Shown here: piece after piece, positions 43,747 through 54,167 of the stretch
Layout: each line of letters begins with the position of its first letter
Position numbering within the stretch: position 1 is the stretch's first letter
Source: Tannerella sp.
Lineage (GTDB): Bacteria; Bacteroidota; Bacteroidia; Bacteroidales; Tannerellaceae
DNA length: 64,000 nucleotides
Direction of reading: 5' to 3'
NCBI GenBank assembly: GCA_031272455.1
Contig: JAISTS010000023.1
Span: 250 to 64,249, forward strand
Translations under genes and position numbers: made by a program
Notes under the pieces: model-generated
What the model was told of the DNA's origin: nothing
The model's database searches: none
The model's input: the letters and a program-made list of their open reading frames with translations, nothing else

Positions 43747-44673
43747 TTATTCGCTTCTGCCGGCGAGAAGTTTTTGCTGATGCGAGAGGGTTTTGGCGTC
43801 GGCTCGCAGAAAACCGTATTCGTGGTTGAACTGCTGCCCTTCGGTAATAATCCAGCGCAGGAAATGCTCGGCATCGCCCTGTCCGTCGTATTCAAACCCG
43901 ATATGCAGGACGGGGACGAGTTCGACTTTCTCGTTTTCGAGCAGCGTGATTGTCTCGTCAAGATTTTCGGAACGTATTATTTCGAGTTGTTCTTTCCTGA
44001 CATTCAGCGGGATGAGCGCGATGCCGTCTTTCAGCTTCCGTTCTTTCAGGTCGTAGAGATAGCTCAGATTGTTGACTGTTACGCCCGTCGGGTCTTTGCT
44101 GATTGCCTGAAGAAGGTAGATATCGTCGCCCAGCACCTTCTTGCCGCGATAATTGGCTGCCGACAAGCCGAAATACGACGCAAAAGCCTGCGCTCCCGAT
44201 GCCGAGCTGTTACCCGAATAGACGGTCAGCTGCTCATTAAATTCGTCTTTCTTTTCGTTTTCGCCACCCAGCTCGTCTTCGCTGAAAAACAGCTTTTTCA
44301 ACTCTTTTTTGCCGAATTTACGTTTGCTGATTTGCTCATTGAGCGGATTATTTTCCGAAGTAACGGGCAGGAGCGCCGACCGTCCGACGTAGGCAACAGC
44401 CTTCCCGTCGTCGCTATGATTGCCGGCTTCGGCATCCGCCACAATACGCAGGTCAACCTGAGCAGCATCTTTGGCTGCTCGTTTAACCTCGACGCCCGGA
44501 TTCGTTTTGTTGTATTCGGCAATCCACTTCTCAACTAATGGAGAGGTGTATTTTGCTGTTTCGATGTAGATCACACGACGGTTGCCTTCGCCGTCCTTGC
44601 TGTCTTCGGCTCTCGCCGCAATCACCGCTGCGCCGAAAAGCGCAGCGGTCAGAATTAATTTTGTTATCTTCAT
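43747..44673 (-). CDS. Secreted periplasmic-binding-protein-like (PstS-like) protein
   Basis: Signal peptide; PLVEKWIAEY, ALLPV and DIYLL..I.KDP.G patterns. Confidence 0.55.
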   Translation of the reverse strand: MKITKLILTAALFGAAVIAARAEDSKDGEGNRRVIYIETAKYTSPLVEKWIAEYNKTNPGVEVKRAAKDAAQVDLRIVADAEAGNHSDDGKAVAYVGRSALLPVTSENNPLNEQISKRKFGKKELKKLFFSEDELGGENEKKDEFNEQLTVYSGNSSASGAQAFASYFGLSAANYRGKKVLGDDIYLLQAISKDPTGVTVNNLSYLYDLKERKLKDGIALIPLNVRKEQLEIIRSENLDETITLLENEKVELVPVLHIGFEYDGQGDAEHFLRWIITEGQQFNHEYGFLRADAKTLSHQQKLLAGRSE

Positions 44674-44702
44674 ATCGCTTTGTCTTTATTTATTTTCGAC
44701 TG

Positions 44703-44749
44703 CAAAGGTACGGGCGGTTTCCGACGCCCGCAATACCATTTTTGTGGTA
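44703..44749 (-). promoter_or_regulatory. Promoter with palindromic operator upstream of the PstS-like gene
   Basis: TACCTTTG -7 (44703-44710), CGGGCG/CGCCCG hairpin (44711-44730), TACCA-N6-TGGTA (44734-44749). Confidence 0.5.
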
Positions 44750-44786
44750 AAGCGATACAAGATATAATATGTACGCGCGAGAGGGC

Positions 44787-47003
44787 TTATCTGTCGCGGT
44801 CGCGTTTTTTGAAGTCGCCTCGGCGGTCTCCACGGTCGCGGTCGCCGTGTTGGGGAGCGGGACGGCGCTGCGGACGTTCATCCTGATAGCCGTCGGGCTT
44901 GGGCAGCAGGGCGCGGCGCGACAGTTTGAATTTGCCTGTCTTCGGGTCGATGTCCATCAGCTTGACGAGTATAGTGTCGCCTTCCTGCAAACCTGCATCT
45001 TCGACCGTTTCGAGACGTTTCCAGTCGATCTCGGAGATATGCAGCAGTCCGTCCTTGCCGGGCATAAACTCAACAAACGCACCGTAGGGCATCACGGAAG
45101 CTATTTTTCCTTCGTAAACCTCGCCTACTTCGGGAACGGCGACGATAAGGCGGATAGCACGCATTGCCGCGTCGATAGATTCCTTGTTGGTAGCTGATAC
45201 TTCGACTATGCCTACGCCGTCAACCTCATCAATCGAAATCGTGGCGCCGGTCTTTTCCTGAATACCCTGAACGATTTTGCCGCCGGGACCGATGATGGCG
45301 CCGATAAATTCTTTGCCGATAGTGATGGTCTCGATACGCGGCGCGTGGGGTTTGAGGTCGGGACGCGGCTCCGGCATAGCATCGGTGATTTTGCCGAGTA
45401 TATGCAGACGTCCTTCTTTGGCTTGCGCGAGTGCGTTCTCAAGTATCTCGTACGACAGACCATCCACTTTGATGTCCATCTGCGTAGCCGTGATGCCGTC
45501 TTTTGTGCCTGTAACCTTGAAATCCATATCGCCGAGGTGGTCTTCGTCGCCGAGTATGTCCGACAGTATGGCGTAGTTCTTGCCTTTATTTTCCGAAATC
45601 AGACCCATCGCTATGCCCGAAACGGGTTTTTTGATTTGCACGCCCGCATCCATCAGCGCCAATGTGCCTGCGCAAACGGTCGCCATCGACGATGAGCCGT
45701 TCGACTCAAGTATGTCGGAAATGACGCGCACGACATACGGATAGTTTTCGGGCAACATACGTTTCAGTGCGCGATGCGCCAGATTGCCGTGTCCTATCTC
45801 GCGGCGTCCTACGGCGCGTTGAGCCTTAGCCTCGCCCGTCGAGAACGGCGGGAAATTGTAATGCAGCAGGAAACGCTCCTTGCCGTGAACGAGCACGTCG
45901 TCAACGATTTTCTCGTCCGATTTTGTGCCGAGCGTTACGGTTGTCAGCGACTGCGTTTCGCCGCGTGTAAAGACAGCCGCCCCGTGAGGACCGGGCACAA
46001 AGTCCGTTTCTATCCATATCGGGCGGATATCTGTTGTCTTGCGTCCGTCGAGCCGTTTGCCCTCGTCGAGGATGGCGCGGCGCATAGCTTCTTTTTCGAC
46101 GTCGTGATAATAGCGGTCGATCATCGGAGCTTTCGTTTCGAGTTCTTCCTCCGTGAACGCCGTTTTATATTCGGTAATGATAGCTTCAAAAGCCTCTGCG
46201 CGAGCGTGTTTGTCGGTGCCCGAAACGGCTATTGCATAAGCCTTGTCGTAGCATTTGTCGCGAACATCCTTGCGGAGGTCTTCGTCGTTCTCTTCGTGAT
46301 TATATTCGCGTTTGACTGTTTTGCCCACCGCTTCGGTCAGTTCCATCTGCACGCGGCAGTGCTCCTTGATAGCTTCGTGGGCAAATTTGATGGCTTCGAG
46401 CATCTCGTGCTCCTGCACTTCCGACATCTCGCCTTCGACCATCATAATATTGTCGATCGTAGCGCCTACCATTATATCTATGTCGGCGCTTTCGAGCTGT
46501 TTGTAGGTCGGATTGACTATCAACTCGCCATTGACACGCCCCACGCGCACTTCGGAAATCGGACCGTTGAACGGGATATCCGAAACGGCAAGCGCCGACG
46601 AAGCCGCCAAGCCTGCCAGCGCATCGGGGATATCTTCGCCGTCTGCCGAGAACAAAATGATGTTCACAAACACCTCGGCGTGATAGTTGTCGGGGAAGAG
46701 CGGACGCAGCACACGGTCAACAAGGCGCGAAGTCAGCACCTCATAGTCCGAAGCCTTACCCTCGCGGCGTGTAAATCCGCCGGGGAAACGCCCGAAAGCC
46801 GAAAATTTCTCTTTGTAATCTACTTGCAGCGGCATAAAATCCGTGCCCGGAACTGCATCTTTCGCTGCACACACTGTTGCCAATAAAACGGTATTTCCCA
46901 TCCGCACCATCGCGGATCCGTCTGCCTGTTTCGCCAATTTTCCTGTCTCAATGGTGATAGTCCTTCCATCACCTAATTCAATCGTCTTATTTATAACGTT
47001 CAT
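44787..47003 (-). CDS. pnp: Polyribonucleotide nucleotidyltransferase
   Basis: [38 protein letters not shown] and S1 domains. Confidence 0.97.
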   Translation of the reverse strand: MNVINKTIELGDGRTITIETGKLAKQADGSAMVRMGNTVLLATVCAAKDAVPGTDFMPLQVDYKEKFSAFGRFPGGFTRREGKASDYEVLTSRLVDRVLRPLFPDNYHAEVFVNIILFSADGEDIPDALAGLAASSALAVSDIPFNGPISEVRVGRVNGELIVNPTYKQLESADIDIMVGATIDNIMMVEGEMSEVQEHEMLEAIKFAHEAIKEHCRVQMELTEAVGKTVKREYNHEENDEDLRKDVRDKCYDKAYAIAVSGTDKHARAEAFEAIITEYKTAFTEEELETKAPMIDRYYHDVEKEAMRRAILDEGKRLDGRKTTDIRPIWIETDFVPGPHGAAVFTRGETQSLTTVTLGTKSDEKIVDDVLVHGKERFLLHYNFPPFSTGEAKAQRAVGRREIGHGNLAHRALKRMLPENYPYVVRVISDILESNGSSSMATVCAGTLALMDAGVQIKKPVSGIAMGLISENKGKNYAILSDILGDEDHLGDMDFKVTGTKDGITATQMDIKVDGLSYEILENALAQAKEGRLHILGKITDAMPEPRPDLKPHAPRIETITIGKEFIGAIIGPGGKIVQGIQEKTGATISIDEVDGVGIVEVSATNKESIDAAMRAIRLIVAVPEVGEVYEGKIASVMPYGAFVEFMPGKDGLLHISEIDWKRLETVEDAGLQEGDTILVKLMDIDPKTGKFKLSRRALLPKPDGYQDERPQRRPAPQHGDRDRGDRRGDFKKRDRDR

Positions 47004-47091
47004 CTTCAATTAAATATATTTTACCTCTAAAAAATTGTGCAAAGTTATAATATTTTGACGGAACTGTGTTAAAACGATATGTTAAAAAAAC

Positions 47092-47130
47092 ATTATTATC
47101 CGTTTTTTCGTATTATTATCCGTTTTTTCG
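47092..47130. repeat. Tandem duplication (2 x ATTATTATCCGTTTTTTCG, 20-bp period)
   Basis: Identical 19-mers at 47092-47110 and 47112-47130, just upstream of the TACCTTTG -7 element at 47141-47148. Confidence 0.85.
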
Positions 47131-47172
47131 CAAAAATGCTTACCTTTGCAGGATGTAATAATGATAACAACG

Positions 47173-50169
47173 ATGAAGAAACTGATAATTGTGGTTTTAT
47201 GTATAAGCGCGGGATGCTGTTTAGCGGTCGGTCAGCGTTCGTATTCGTACGACTTACCGAGCAGGCTTTTCGACGAAGGCAAGGCTTTCTTTGAGATGCG
47301 CAACTATGCCGGCTGTGTTGACAAGCTCGAAGCGTACAAGGAGCAATATTCTGATGCAGAGCTTATTCAGGAAGCCGATTATATGCTCGCTTTTATAGCT
47401 TACGAACAGGGCAAGGACGACAGCGCGGAGACTTTGCAGGCGTTTTTGGAAAGCTATCCCGACAGCCGCCATCGCGACGAGATATGTTTTTTGCTTGGCT
47501 CGGCGTATTTCGAGCAGGGCGACTATGCCGAGGCGATAAGCTGGTTTGGCAGCGCCGACGAGATGGCTCTCTCGCCCGTTCAACAGGACGATTACGCTTT
47601 TCGCGCAGGTTTTTCGCTGCTGCAAACCAACGACTTGACGGGCGCGCGTTACCATTTCACATCCTTGCAGCAATCGACCGTTTACCGTCAGTCGGCAGCT
47701 TATTTCCTTGCTTACATTGATTATGCCGAACAAAAATACGACAGCGCCCTGACAGGCTTTATCCGTATCCGCAACTATCCAGAATTTAGCGAGCGGGCGC
47801 TCTATTTTATCACCCAGATTTATTATATCAACAGTCAGTATGCCAAGGTAATAAGCAGCGGCGAAGAGCTGCTCAAGACCTACCCGGGAGGCAGAGACAA
47901 TGCCGAGATCTACCGGCTATTGGGCAACGCCTACTATCAACAGGGCGATCAGGCTAAAGCGTCTGAAGCCTTCGAGAAATATGCTGATGCGACGGCTAAT
48001 CCCCTGCGCGGCGACCTCTATCTGCTTGGAGTGAGCTATTTCGGGCAGGGCGACTATCGCAAAGCCGCCGAAGCGCTGTCGCGAACCATCGACGAGCCAG
48101 ACGAACTGGCGCAAAACGCCTATCTCTACCTCGGTCAGAGCTACCTGAAACTCAACGACAAAGACAAAGCGCGTATGGCGTTTGAGTGGGCGGCGACCTC
48201 GAATTACGATATGCAGATCAAGGAAGTGGCGCTGTATAACTATGCGCTGCTCATACACGAGACCTCGTTTTCGGGCTTCGGCGAATCGGTTACCATCTTC
48301 GAGGATTTCCTGAACGATTTTCCCAACTCTCAATACGCCGACAAGGTAAACGACCACCTGATTGAAGTCTATCTGAGCACAAAAAACTACGAATCGGCGC
48401 TCGCCTCGATCAGCAAGATACACCAGCCCGACCCTAAGATACTGTCGGCAAAACAAAACCTGCTGTTCCAGCTTGGCAATCAGTCATTCACAGATGGCGA
48501 AACAGAGAAAGCCATCAACTATTTCAATCAGGCAATAGCTATGGGAGGATACGACGACGCGACCTTCTGCAACGCATATTTCTGGCGTGCCGAGTCGTAC
48601 TATCGCCTCAATAATTTTGCGCAGGCAGCCCGCGACTATCAGTCATTTATCGACAAGACTACCGACCGCACTTCCGAATCCTATCCGCTGGCATACTATA
48701 ATATAGGATACAGCTATTTCAAGCAAAACGCATACACTCAGGCTTTGCGGGCGTTCCGTCAATACACCGTTCTGGAGAAAGACACTAAGGCGCTGTCGCT
48801 GGCTGATGCTTACAACCGCATTGGCGACTGCCTGTTTTACGACCGCCAGTATGCCGTAGCCGAAGAAAGCTACACGAAAGCTGCGTCGCTGCAACCCTCC
48901 GCCGGCAGCTATGCCCTCTACCAAAAAGCCATCGTGATGGGGCTGCAAAAGGATTATCAGGGCAAAATCGCTATGCTCAACCGCCTGATAAACGAATTTC
49001 CCGAATCGCCCTACGTTGACGATGCGCTCTACGAAAAAGGACGCTCGTATGTGCTGCTCGAAAAATACGACAACGCAGCCGAAGCCTTCAAGACGCTGAT
49101 TAGCCATTACCCGCAGACCAGCCTCGCCCGCAAGTCGGGATTGCAGCTCGGACTGCTCTACTTCAATAACAATCAACCCGAAAAAGCTATCTCGGCTTAT
49201 AAGGAAGTGATAGACAAATATCCGGGCAGCGAAGAGACGAAAGTTGCCCTGCAAGACCTCAAAGCCGTATATGTGGATATGAACGACGTAGCCGGTTACG
49301 CCTCCTACGTCCGTACGCTCGGTGGCAATGTCAACTTCGAGGTGAGCGAACAGGACTCGCTGACCTATTATGCAGCCGAGCGACTGTTCCTGCGCGGCGA
49401 CAACGAAGGCGCACAACGCAGCCTCCGCAGCTACACAGCCTCGTTCCCTAACGGCGCTTTCAGCCTCGACGCCAACTATTATCTCGGACAGATAGCATTC
49501 AAGAGCAACGACTACACCGAAGCCCGCCAACGCTTCGCCACAGTGCTCTCGCAGGGAACGACAAAATTCACCGAAGAAGCCCTCGCGCGCACATCGGAGA
49601 TACAGTATCTGCAAAAAGACTATGCCGCCGCGCTCGAAAGTTTCAAACGCCTGCTCGCCATAGCCGAATCGTCCGACAATATCGAAGCCGCCAAGCTCGG
49701 TATGATGCGCTGCGCACAGCAGACCGGACGCAATGCCGACGTCATCAAAGCGGCAGACGAGCTGCTGAAAAACGCCCGCCTGAAACCCGAAATAGCATCC
49801 GAAGCCCGCTCACTCCGCGCCAAAGCCTATCTTGCTCAGGGCGAGACAGCTAAAGCCGAAGCCGACCTCACTACGCTCGTCAAGGACACGCGCACGGTGT
49901 ATGGCGCCGAAGCGAACTATCTTTTGGCAAAATCGCATTACGACAAAAAAGATTACGACAAAGCGGAAAAAGAGCTGACCGAATATATCCGCAAAGGCAC
50001 GACGCACCAATACTGGTTAGCTCGCTGCTTTATCCTGCTGTCGGATGTTTACTCCAAGAAAGGCGACGATTTTCAGGCGCGGCAATACCTGCTCAACCTG
50101 CAAAAGAACTACAAAGGCTCGGACGATATAGCCGGAATGATTACCGAACGATTGAACAAACTCCAATAA
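47173..50169 (+). CDS. Large exported tetratricopeptide repeat protein
   Basis: Signal peptide followed by ~1000 aa of TPR repeats (YPxS, AxYxLG patterns). Confidence 0.88.
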   Translation: MKKLIIVVLCISAGCCLAVGQRSYSYDLPSRLFDEGKAFFEMRNYAGCVDKLEAYKEQYSDAELIQEADYMLAFIAYEQGKDDSAETLQAFLESYPDSRHRDEICFLLGSAYFEQGDYAEAISWFGSADEMALSPVQQDDYAFRAGFSLLQTNDLTGARYHFTSLQQSTVYRQSAAYFLAYIDYAEQKYDSALTGFIRIRNYPEFSERALYFITQIYYINSQYAKVISSGEELLKTYPGGRDNAEIYRLLGNAYYQQGDQAKASEAFEKYADATANPLRGDLYLLGVSYFGQGDYRKAAEALSRTIDEPDELAQNAYLYLGQSYLKLNDKDKARMAFEWAATSNYDMQIKEVALYNYALLIHETSFSGFGESVTIFEDFLNDFPNSQYADKVNDHLIEVYLSTKNYESALASISKIHQPDPKILSAKQNLLFQLGNQSFTDGETEKAINYFNQAIAMGGYDDATFCNAYFWRAESYYRLNNFAQAARDYQSFIDKTTDRTSESYPLAYYNIGYSYFKQNAYTQALRAFRQYTVLEKDTKALSLADAYNRIGDCLFYDRQYAVAEESYTKAASLQPSAGSYALYQKAIVMGLQKDYQGKIAMLNRLINEFPESPYVDDALYEKGRSYVLLEKYDNAAEAFKTLISHYPQTSLARKSGLQLGLLYFNNNQPEKAISAYKEVIDKYPGSEETKVALQDLKAVYVDMNDVAGYASYVRTLGGNVNFEVSEQDSLTYYAAERLFLRGDNEGAQRSLRSYTASFPNGAFSLDANYYLGQIAFKSNDYTEARQRFATVLSQGTTKFTEEALARTSEIQYLQKDYAAALESFKRLLAIAESSDNIEAAKLGMMRCAQQTGRNADVIKAADELLKNARLKPEIASEARSLRAKAYLAQGETAKAEADLTTLVKDTRTVYGAEANYLLAKSHYDKKDYDKAEKELTEYIRKGTTHQYWLARCFILLSDVYSKKGDDFQARQYLLNLQKNYKGSDDIAGMITERLNKLQ

Positions 50170-50178
50170 TTTTTGACA

Positions 50179-52011
50179 ATGAAAAGATTGAAATACAGCA
50201 TATTGACAGCTGCCCTGCTATTGACAATCGCGGCGGCGGCGCAAGCCCAAAACAAGACCGAACAGGAACAGCTGACGCGCGAAATGACGCTCGAACGCGA
50301 ATATGACCCGACAGTGCAGGACGCCAACAAGGTGAACCGCCTGCCCGAAGTCAAAGAACCCGTCGTAACGAAACGACCGATCGACTATTCGCCCTTCACA
50401 ACGCCCGCCGAACCTGACAAAGAAATCACGACGCTGCCTTCGGGCAATATCCATACCAATATCGCCCACACGAAAAAACGCGGCTACCTGCATTTCGGCG
50501 GTGGTATGTATATGAATTTCGACGGCGACGCAGGCTATCATCTCATCGACAACGAACGCGGCATACTCGGCATCTACTTCACTCACCATTCGACTAATGG
50601 CGATGTGAAATTTACAGAGCAGTATGACGACTTTGTGTCGTCGTTGGATGTTGAAAATTACAGTTTTTTCGTTTCCCCCCAATATGAAACGACCCGCAAG
50701 GCAAAGCTCAACGACAACCTCGGCGTTCTCAAGTTCGACTATGCCGTCGGCGAAAACACGCGATTGAAACTCGGCGCATCTTACGGATATACATCCTTTA
50801 ACTACTACGGATACCATTTCTACCAACAGCCTTTCTACTCCGAGGATACGACTGCCAATCAGGTTAATAAAGTATTCCATATCGACGCAGGCATCAGCGG
50901 CATCGCCAACGACAAATTCCTGTATCTCATAGACGCCGAATATCACAATTTTAACCAGAAATACGGTTGGACAACCCTCAACGCAGGCATACGCGAAAAT
51001 CATATCACCGGCAATTTCGATTTCGGTTATATTTTTGGCGCCACCGACAACAGCCGCGTCGGACTTGCAGGTCTCGTCAATTATTGCTACCAGACGCCGC
51101 CGCAAAACAATCCGGTACCTGATTTTGCCGAGTTCGATTATGAGCCTCATTCCCACCTGTCGGCAACATTCACGCCGTATTACCGTATGAGCGGCGACAG
51201 CTGGAATTTCCAACTCGGCGCCAACATAATCCTGCTCAATGCCGATACATCTACGGTTTTTGTTACGCCAAACGTCAATCTCGAAGCCAATCTCTCCGAA
51301 AAAACCGTGTTTTATGCCAACGCAACTGGCGAAACGCGGCTGAACGATGCCCACGAGCTGTCGCAACAGAACCGCTATATCGACCTTTGCAACGATTTCC
51401 GCCCATCGCGTACATGGATTGACGGCACGCTCGGTATTCGCAGCGCCATAGCTACCGGAGCGCAAATCGACGTTTTCGCAGGATATAAAAGTACTAAAGA
51501 CGCCATATTCTTCATTCCCGTTTCTTACGGTTATAGATCCGACATGGCTTATGCCGAAATCGGATATCGGAGAGATTTTATGGCTTACCACACTGCCATT
51601 CAGCAAGATGCGGCGCTACTGCATGCCGGAGCTGCTGTCCGTTATTCTTATCGCAGCATAGTTGATTTTTCGCTCAAAGGCGTTTATAATCAATGGAATA
51701 TAACGGACGATATTAAGCCTTACGGGATGCCGCAAATAGAGCTGAACGCCGCCCTGACAGTCAAACCGCTTGCCCCGCTGGCGCTCGACCTCGGCTATTA
51801 TCTCGGCACAAACCGCTATACTCAGCTTTTTGGCGCCGAAATGAAAATGCCCGCGCTCAACGACCTGAATTTCCGCGCCTCGTGGGCGTTCAACGATATG
51901 TTCGGCGCGTACATCCGGCTTAACAACCTGCTGTTCAAACAACAGGAATATATCTCAGGCTATCCTACGCAGGGATTTAACGCTATGGCAGGTATTAACA
52001 TTAATTTTTGA
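50179..52011 (+). CDS. Outer-membrane beta-barrel protein (TonB-dependent receptor-like, short)
   Basis: Signal peptide (AQA), amphipathic beta strands, NNLL motif, terminal GININF. Confidence 0.75.
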   Translation: MKRLKYSILTAALLLTIAAAAQAQNKTEQEQLTREMTLEREYDPTVQDANKVNRLPEVKEPVVTKRPIDYSPFTTPAEPDKEITTLPSGNIHTNIAHTKKRGYLHFGGGMYMNFDGDAGYHLIDNERGILGIYFTHHSTNGDVKFTEQYDDFVSSLDVENYSFFVSPQYETTRKAKLNDNLGVLKFDYAVGENTRLKLGASYGYTSFNYYGYHFYQQPFYSEDTTANQVNKVFHIDAGISGIANDKFLYLIDAEYHNFNQKYGWTTLNAGIRENHITGNFDFGYIFGATDNSRVGLAGLVNYCYQTPPQNNPVPDFAEFDYEPHSHLSATFTPYYRMSGDSWNFQLGANIILLNADTSTVFVTPNVNLEANLSEKTVFYANATGETRLNDAHELSQQNRYIDLCNDFRPSRTWIDGTLGIRSAIATGAQIDVFAGYKSTKDAIFFIPVSYGYRSDMAYAEIGYRRDFMAYHTAIQQDAALLHAGAAVRYSYRSIVDFSLKGVYNQWNITDDIKPYGMPQIELNAALTVKPLAPLALDLGYYLGTNRYTQLFGAEMKMPALNDLNFRASWAFNDMFGAYIRLNNLLFKQQEYISGYPTQGFNAMAGININF

Positions 52012-52013
52012 AG

Positions 52014-54095
52014 ATGAGGCTAAAGAAAATCATCCTGACCGGTCTTGTGCTGACGGCAGCAGTGATGGCTAAAGCGCAAATCCTTGACCCTGTTGAGTGG
52101 ACTATCCGTCTGATAGACTCGCCGACAGCCGAAAAAGAGATACGTTTCACCGCAAAAGCCGACCGCGGCTGGCATGTCTATGATATGAACCTGCCCAAAG
52201 GCGGACCTATCCCGACAAGCATCACCTACGAAACCAAACGCGGCGTCGAATTTCTCGGCGAGCCGCAAGCCTCCGTCGCACCCACAGCTATCCACGACGA
52301 CATTTTCGATATGGACCTGCGCTGGTATAGCGGCGAAGTTACGTTTACCCAGCTGATCCGCGTTACCGACCTGCGCACCTTTGCCCTGCGCGGCGAAGTG
52401 GAATTTATGGCTTGCAACGACGAGACCTGCCTGCCTCCCGACCGTATCCCCTTCAATTTCGGTCGCAACGACATCAGGATGACCAGGACAACTGCGCCCG
52501 AAAACGAGAGCGCAGACGAAGACACAACAGCTATCGACAGCGCCGCCGCCGAAACGCAACTGACGGATTTGTTTACCGAAATCACGCCCGCGACAACCGA
52601 CAGCCGACGCAGCGAAGCAACGGCAGCAGCCGAACAGGGCATACTTACCACCCAACCCGAACTGTGGACGCCGGTCATCGACGAGCTGCACTCCTTTGGC
52701 GACGACACAGCTACAGTGAGCGCTTCGAGCGACTCGCCGTGGTGGTATATCTTCCTCGCCGGTTTTGTCGGAGGATTTATCGCCCTGCTGACGCCCTGCG
52801 TCTGGCCTATGATACCGATGACGGTCAGCTTCTTCCTCAAACGCAACAAACAACGCCGCAAAGCCGTAGGCGAAGCAACACTCTACGGACTGTCGATCAT
52901 CGTTATCTATGTAGCTATGGGACTGATAATTACCGCTGCTTTTGGCGCCAGCGCTCTTAACGACCTCTCGACCAACGCGGTGTTCAATATCATCTTTTTC
53001 CTGCTGCTCGTGCTCTTTGCCGTGTCGTTCTTCGGCGCCTTCGAGCTGGTGCTGCCCTCGTCGTGGACAAACAAAGCCGACGCCCGCGCCGACGCCACAT
53101 CGGGCATCCTGAGCATCTTTTTTATGGCGTTCACTCTGGTGCTCGTGTCGTTCTCGTGCACCGGTCCCATCATCGGCACTCTGCTTGTCGAGGCTGCCAC
53201 AGGCGGCTCTGTAGCCGGTCCGGCTATCGGGATGGCAGGCTTCGCACTTGCGCTGGCTATCCCGTTCGCCTTCTTCGCCGTCTTTCCCAATTTCCTGCAG
53301 ACGATGCCCAAATCGGGCGGATGGCTCAATTCCGTCAAGGTGGTGCTCGGATTTCTCGAACTGGCGCTGGCGCTCAAATTCCTGTCTGTTGCAGATCTGG
53401 CTTACGGATGGCGTATCCTCGACCGCGAAGCGTTTCTCGTCCTCTGGATAGTGATATTCACGCTGCTCGGCTGTTATCTGCTTGGCAAGATACGTTTCCG
53501 CCACGACAGCGAACTTAAATATGTCTCCGTTACACGCCTCTTCCTCGCTATCATCTCATTAGCGTTTGCCGTCTATATGCTGCCCGGCTTGTGGGGAGCG
53601 CCGCTCAAAGCTATCAGCGCCTTCGCCCCGCCGCTTAACACTCAGGACTTCAACCTCTACAAAGATGATGTAGAAAGTGCGTTCGACGATTATGAAGCAG
53701 GGATGGCGTATGCCGTCAAGGTCGGTAAGCCTGTGATGATAGATTTTTCGGGCTACGGCTGCGTTAACTGCCGTAAGATGGAAGCAGCAGTATGGACCGA
53801 CCCCGCCGTGAAACAACTGCTCGACGAGCAGTATGTGCTTATCACACTGATGGTTGACGATAAGAGTCGCCTGCCCGCACCCGTTACAATCACCGAAAAC
53901 GGCAAACGGCGCACACTGAAAACCGTCGGCGACAAATGGAGCTATCTGCAGCGTGTCAAGTTCGGCGCCAACGCCCAACCCTTCTATGTCCTGCTCGACC
54001 ACGACGCATATCCCCTCGCCCCACCCTACGCCTACGACGAAGACGCCGCCAAATACGCCGTCTTCCTGACTAATGGTCTGAGGAATTTTCGATAA
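52014..54095 (+). CDS. dsbD: Thiol:disulfide interchange protein DsbD (DsbC-N + CcdA TM + thioredoxin)
   Basis: ACND.TCLPP, LTPCVWPMIP, SCTGP, PKSGGW, GCVNCRKM. Confidence 0.9.
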   Translation: MRLKKIILTGLVLTAAVMAKAQILDPVEWTIRLIDSPTAEKEIRFTAKADRGWHVYDMNLPKGGPIPTSITYETKRGVEFLGEPQASVAPTAIHDDIFDMDLRWYSGEVTFTQLIRVTDLRTFALRGEVEFMACNDETCLPPDRIPFNFGRNDIRMTRTTAPENESADEDTTAIDSAAAETQLTDLFTEITPATTDSRRSEATAAAEQGILTTQPELWTPVIDELHSFGDDTATVSASSDSPWWYIFLAGFVGGFIALLTPCVWPMIPMTVSFFLKRNKQRRKAVGEATLYGLSIIVIYVAMGLIITAAFGASALNDLSTNAVFNIIFFLLLVLFAVSFFGAFELVLPSSWTNKADARADATSGILSIFFMAFTLVLVSFSCTGPIIGTLLVEAATGGSVAGPAIGMAGFALALAIPFAFFAVFPNFLQTMPKSGGWLNSVKVVLGFLELALALKFLSVADLAYGWRILDREAFLVLWIVIFTLLGCYLLGKIRFRHDSELKYVSVTRLFLAIISLAFAVYMLPGLWGAPLKAISAFAPPLNTQDFNLYKDDVESAFDDYEAGMAYAVKVGKPVMIDFSGYGCVNCRKMEAAVWTDPAVKQLLDEQYVLITLMVDDKSRLPAPVTITENGKRRTLKTVGDKWSYLQRVKFGANAQPFYVLLDHDAYPLAPPYAYDEDAAKYAVFLTNGLRNFR

Positions 54096-54121
54096 AAACT
54101 TATTTTTTTGCGAAAACTTTT
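54013..54121 (+). repeat. 109-bp direct repeat, copy 1 (dsbD 3' end, stop codon and downstream sequence)
   Basis: Matches 54780-54888 with one mismatch (54071 T vs 54838 C). Confidence 0.95.
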
Positions 54122-54167
54122 TGCGAAAAGTAAATAATTATATACCTTTGCGGCGCAAAAAACAGAT

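Noticed and set aside
47066-47094. TATGTT-N5-AACATT resembling a Bacteroides CRP-like (Cur) box
   Set aside because: Spacing does not match the consensus as I recall it, and the region is very AT-rich, so a chance match is likely.
52480-52740. Ala/Thr/Glu-rich stretch in dsbD as a possible insertion
   Set aside because: Typical variable linker between the N-terminal and TM domains; no repeat structure.
50218-53504. Long antisense ORFs (462 aa and 494 aa), and similar ones opposite recJ, argS, valS, pnp and uvrA
   Set aside because: Shadow frames of well-supported genes; no recognisable motifs, and expected from codon bias at this GC content.
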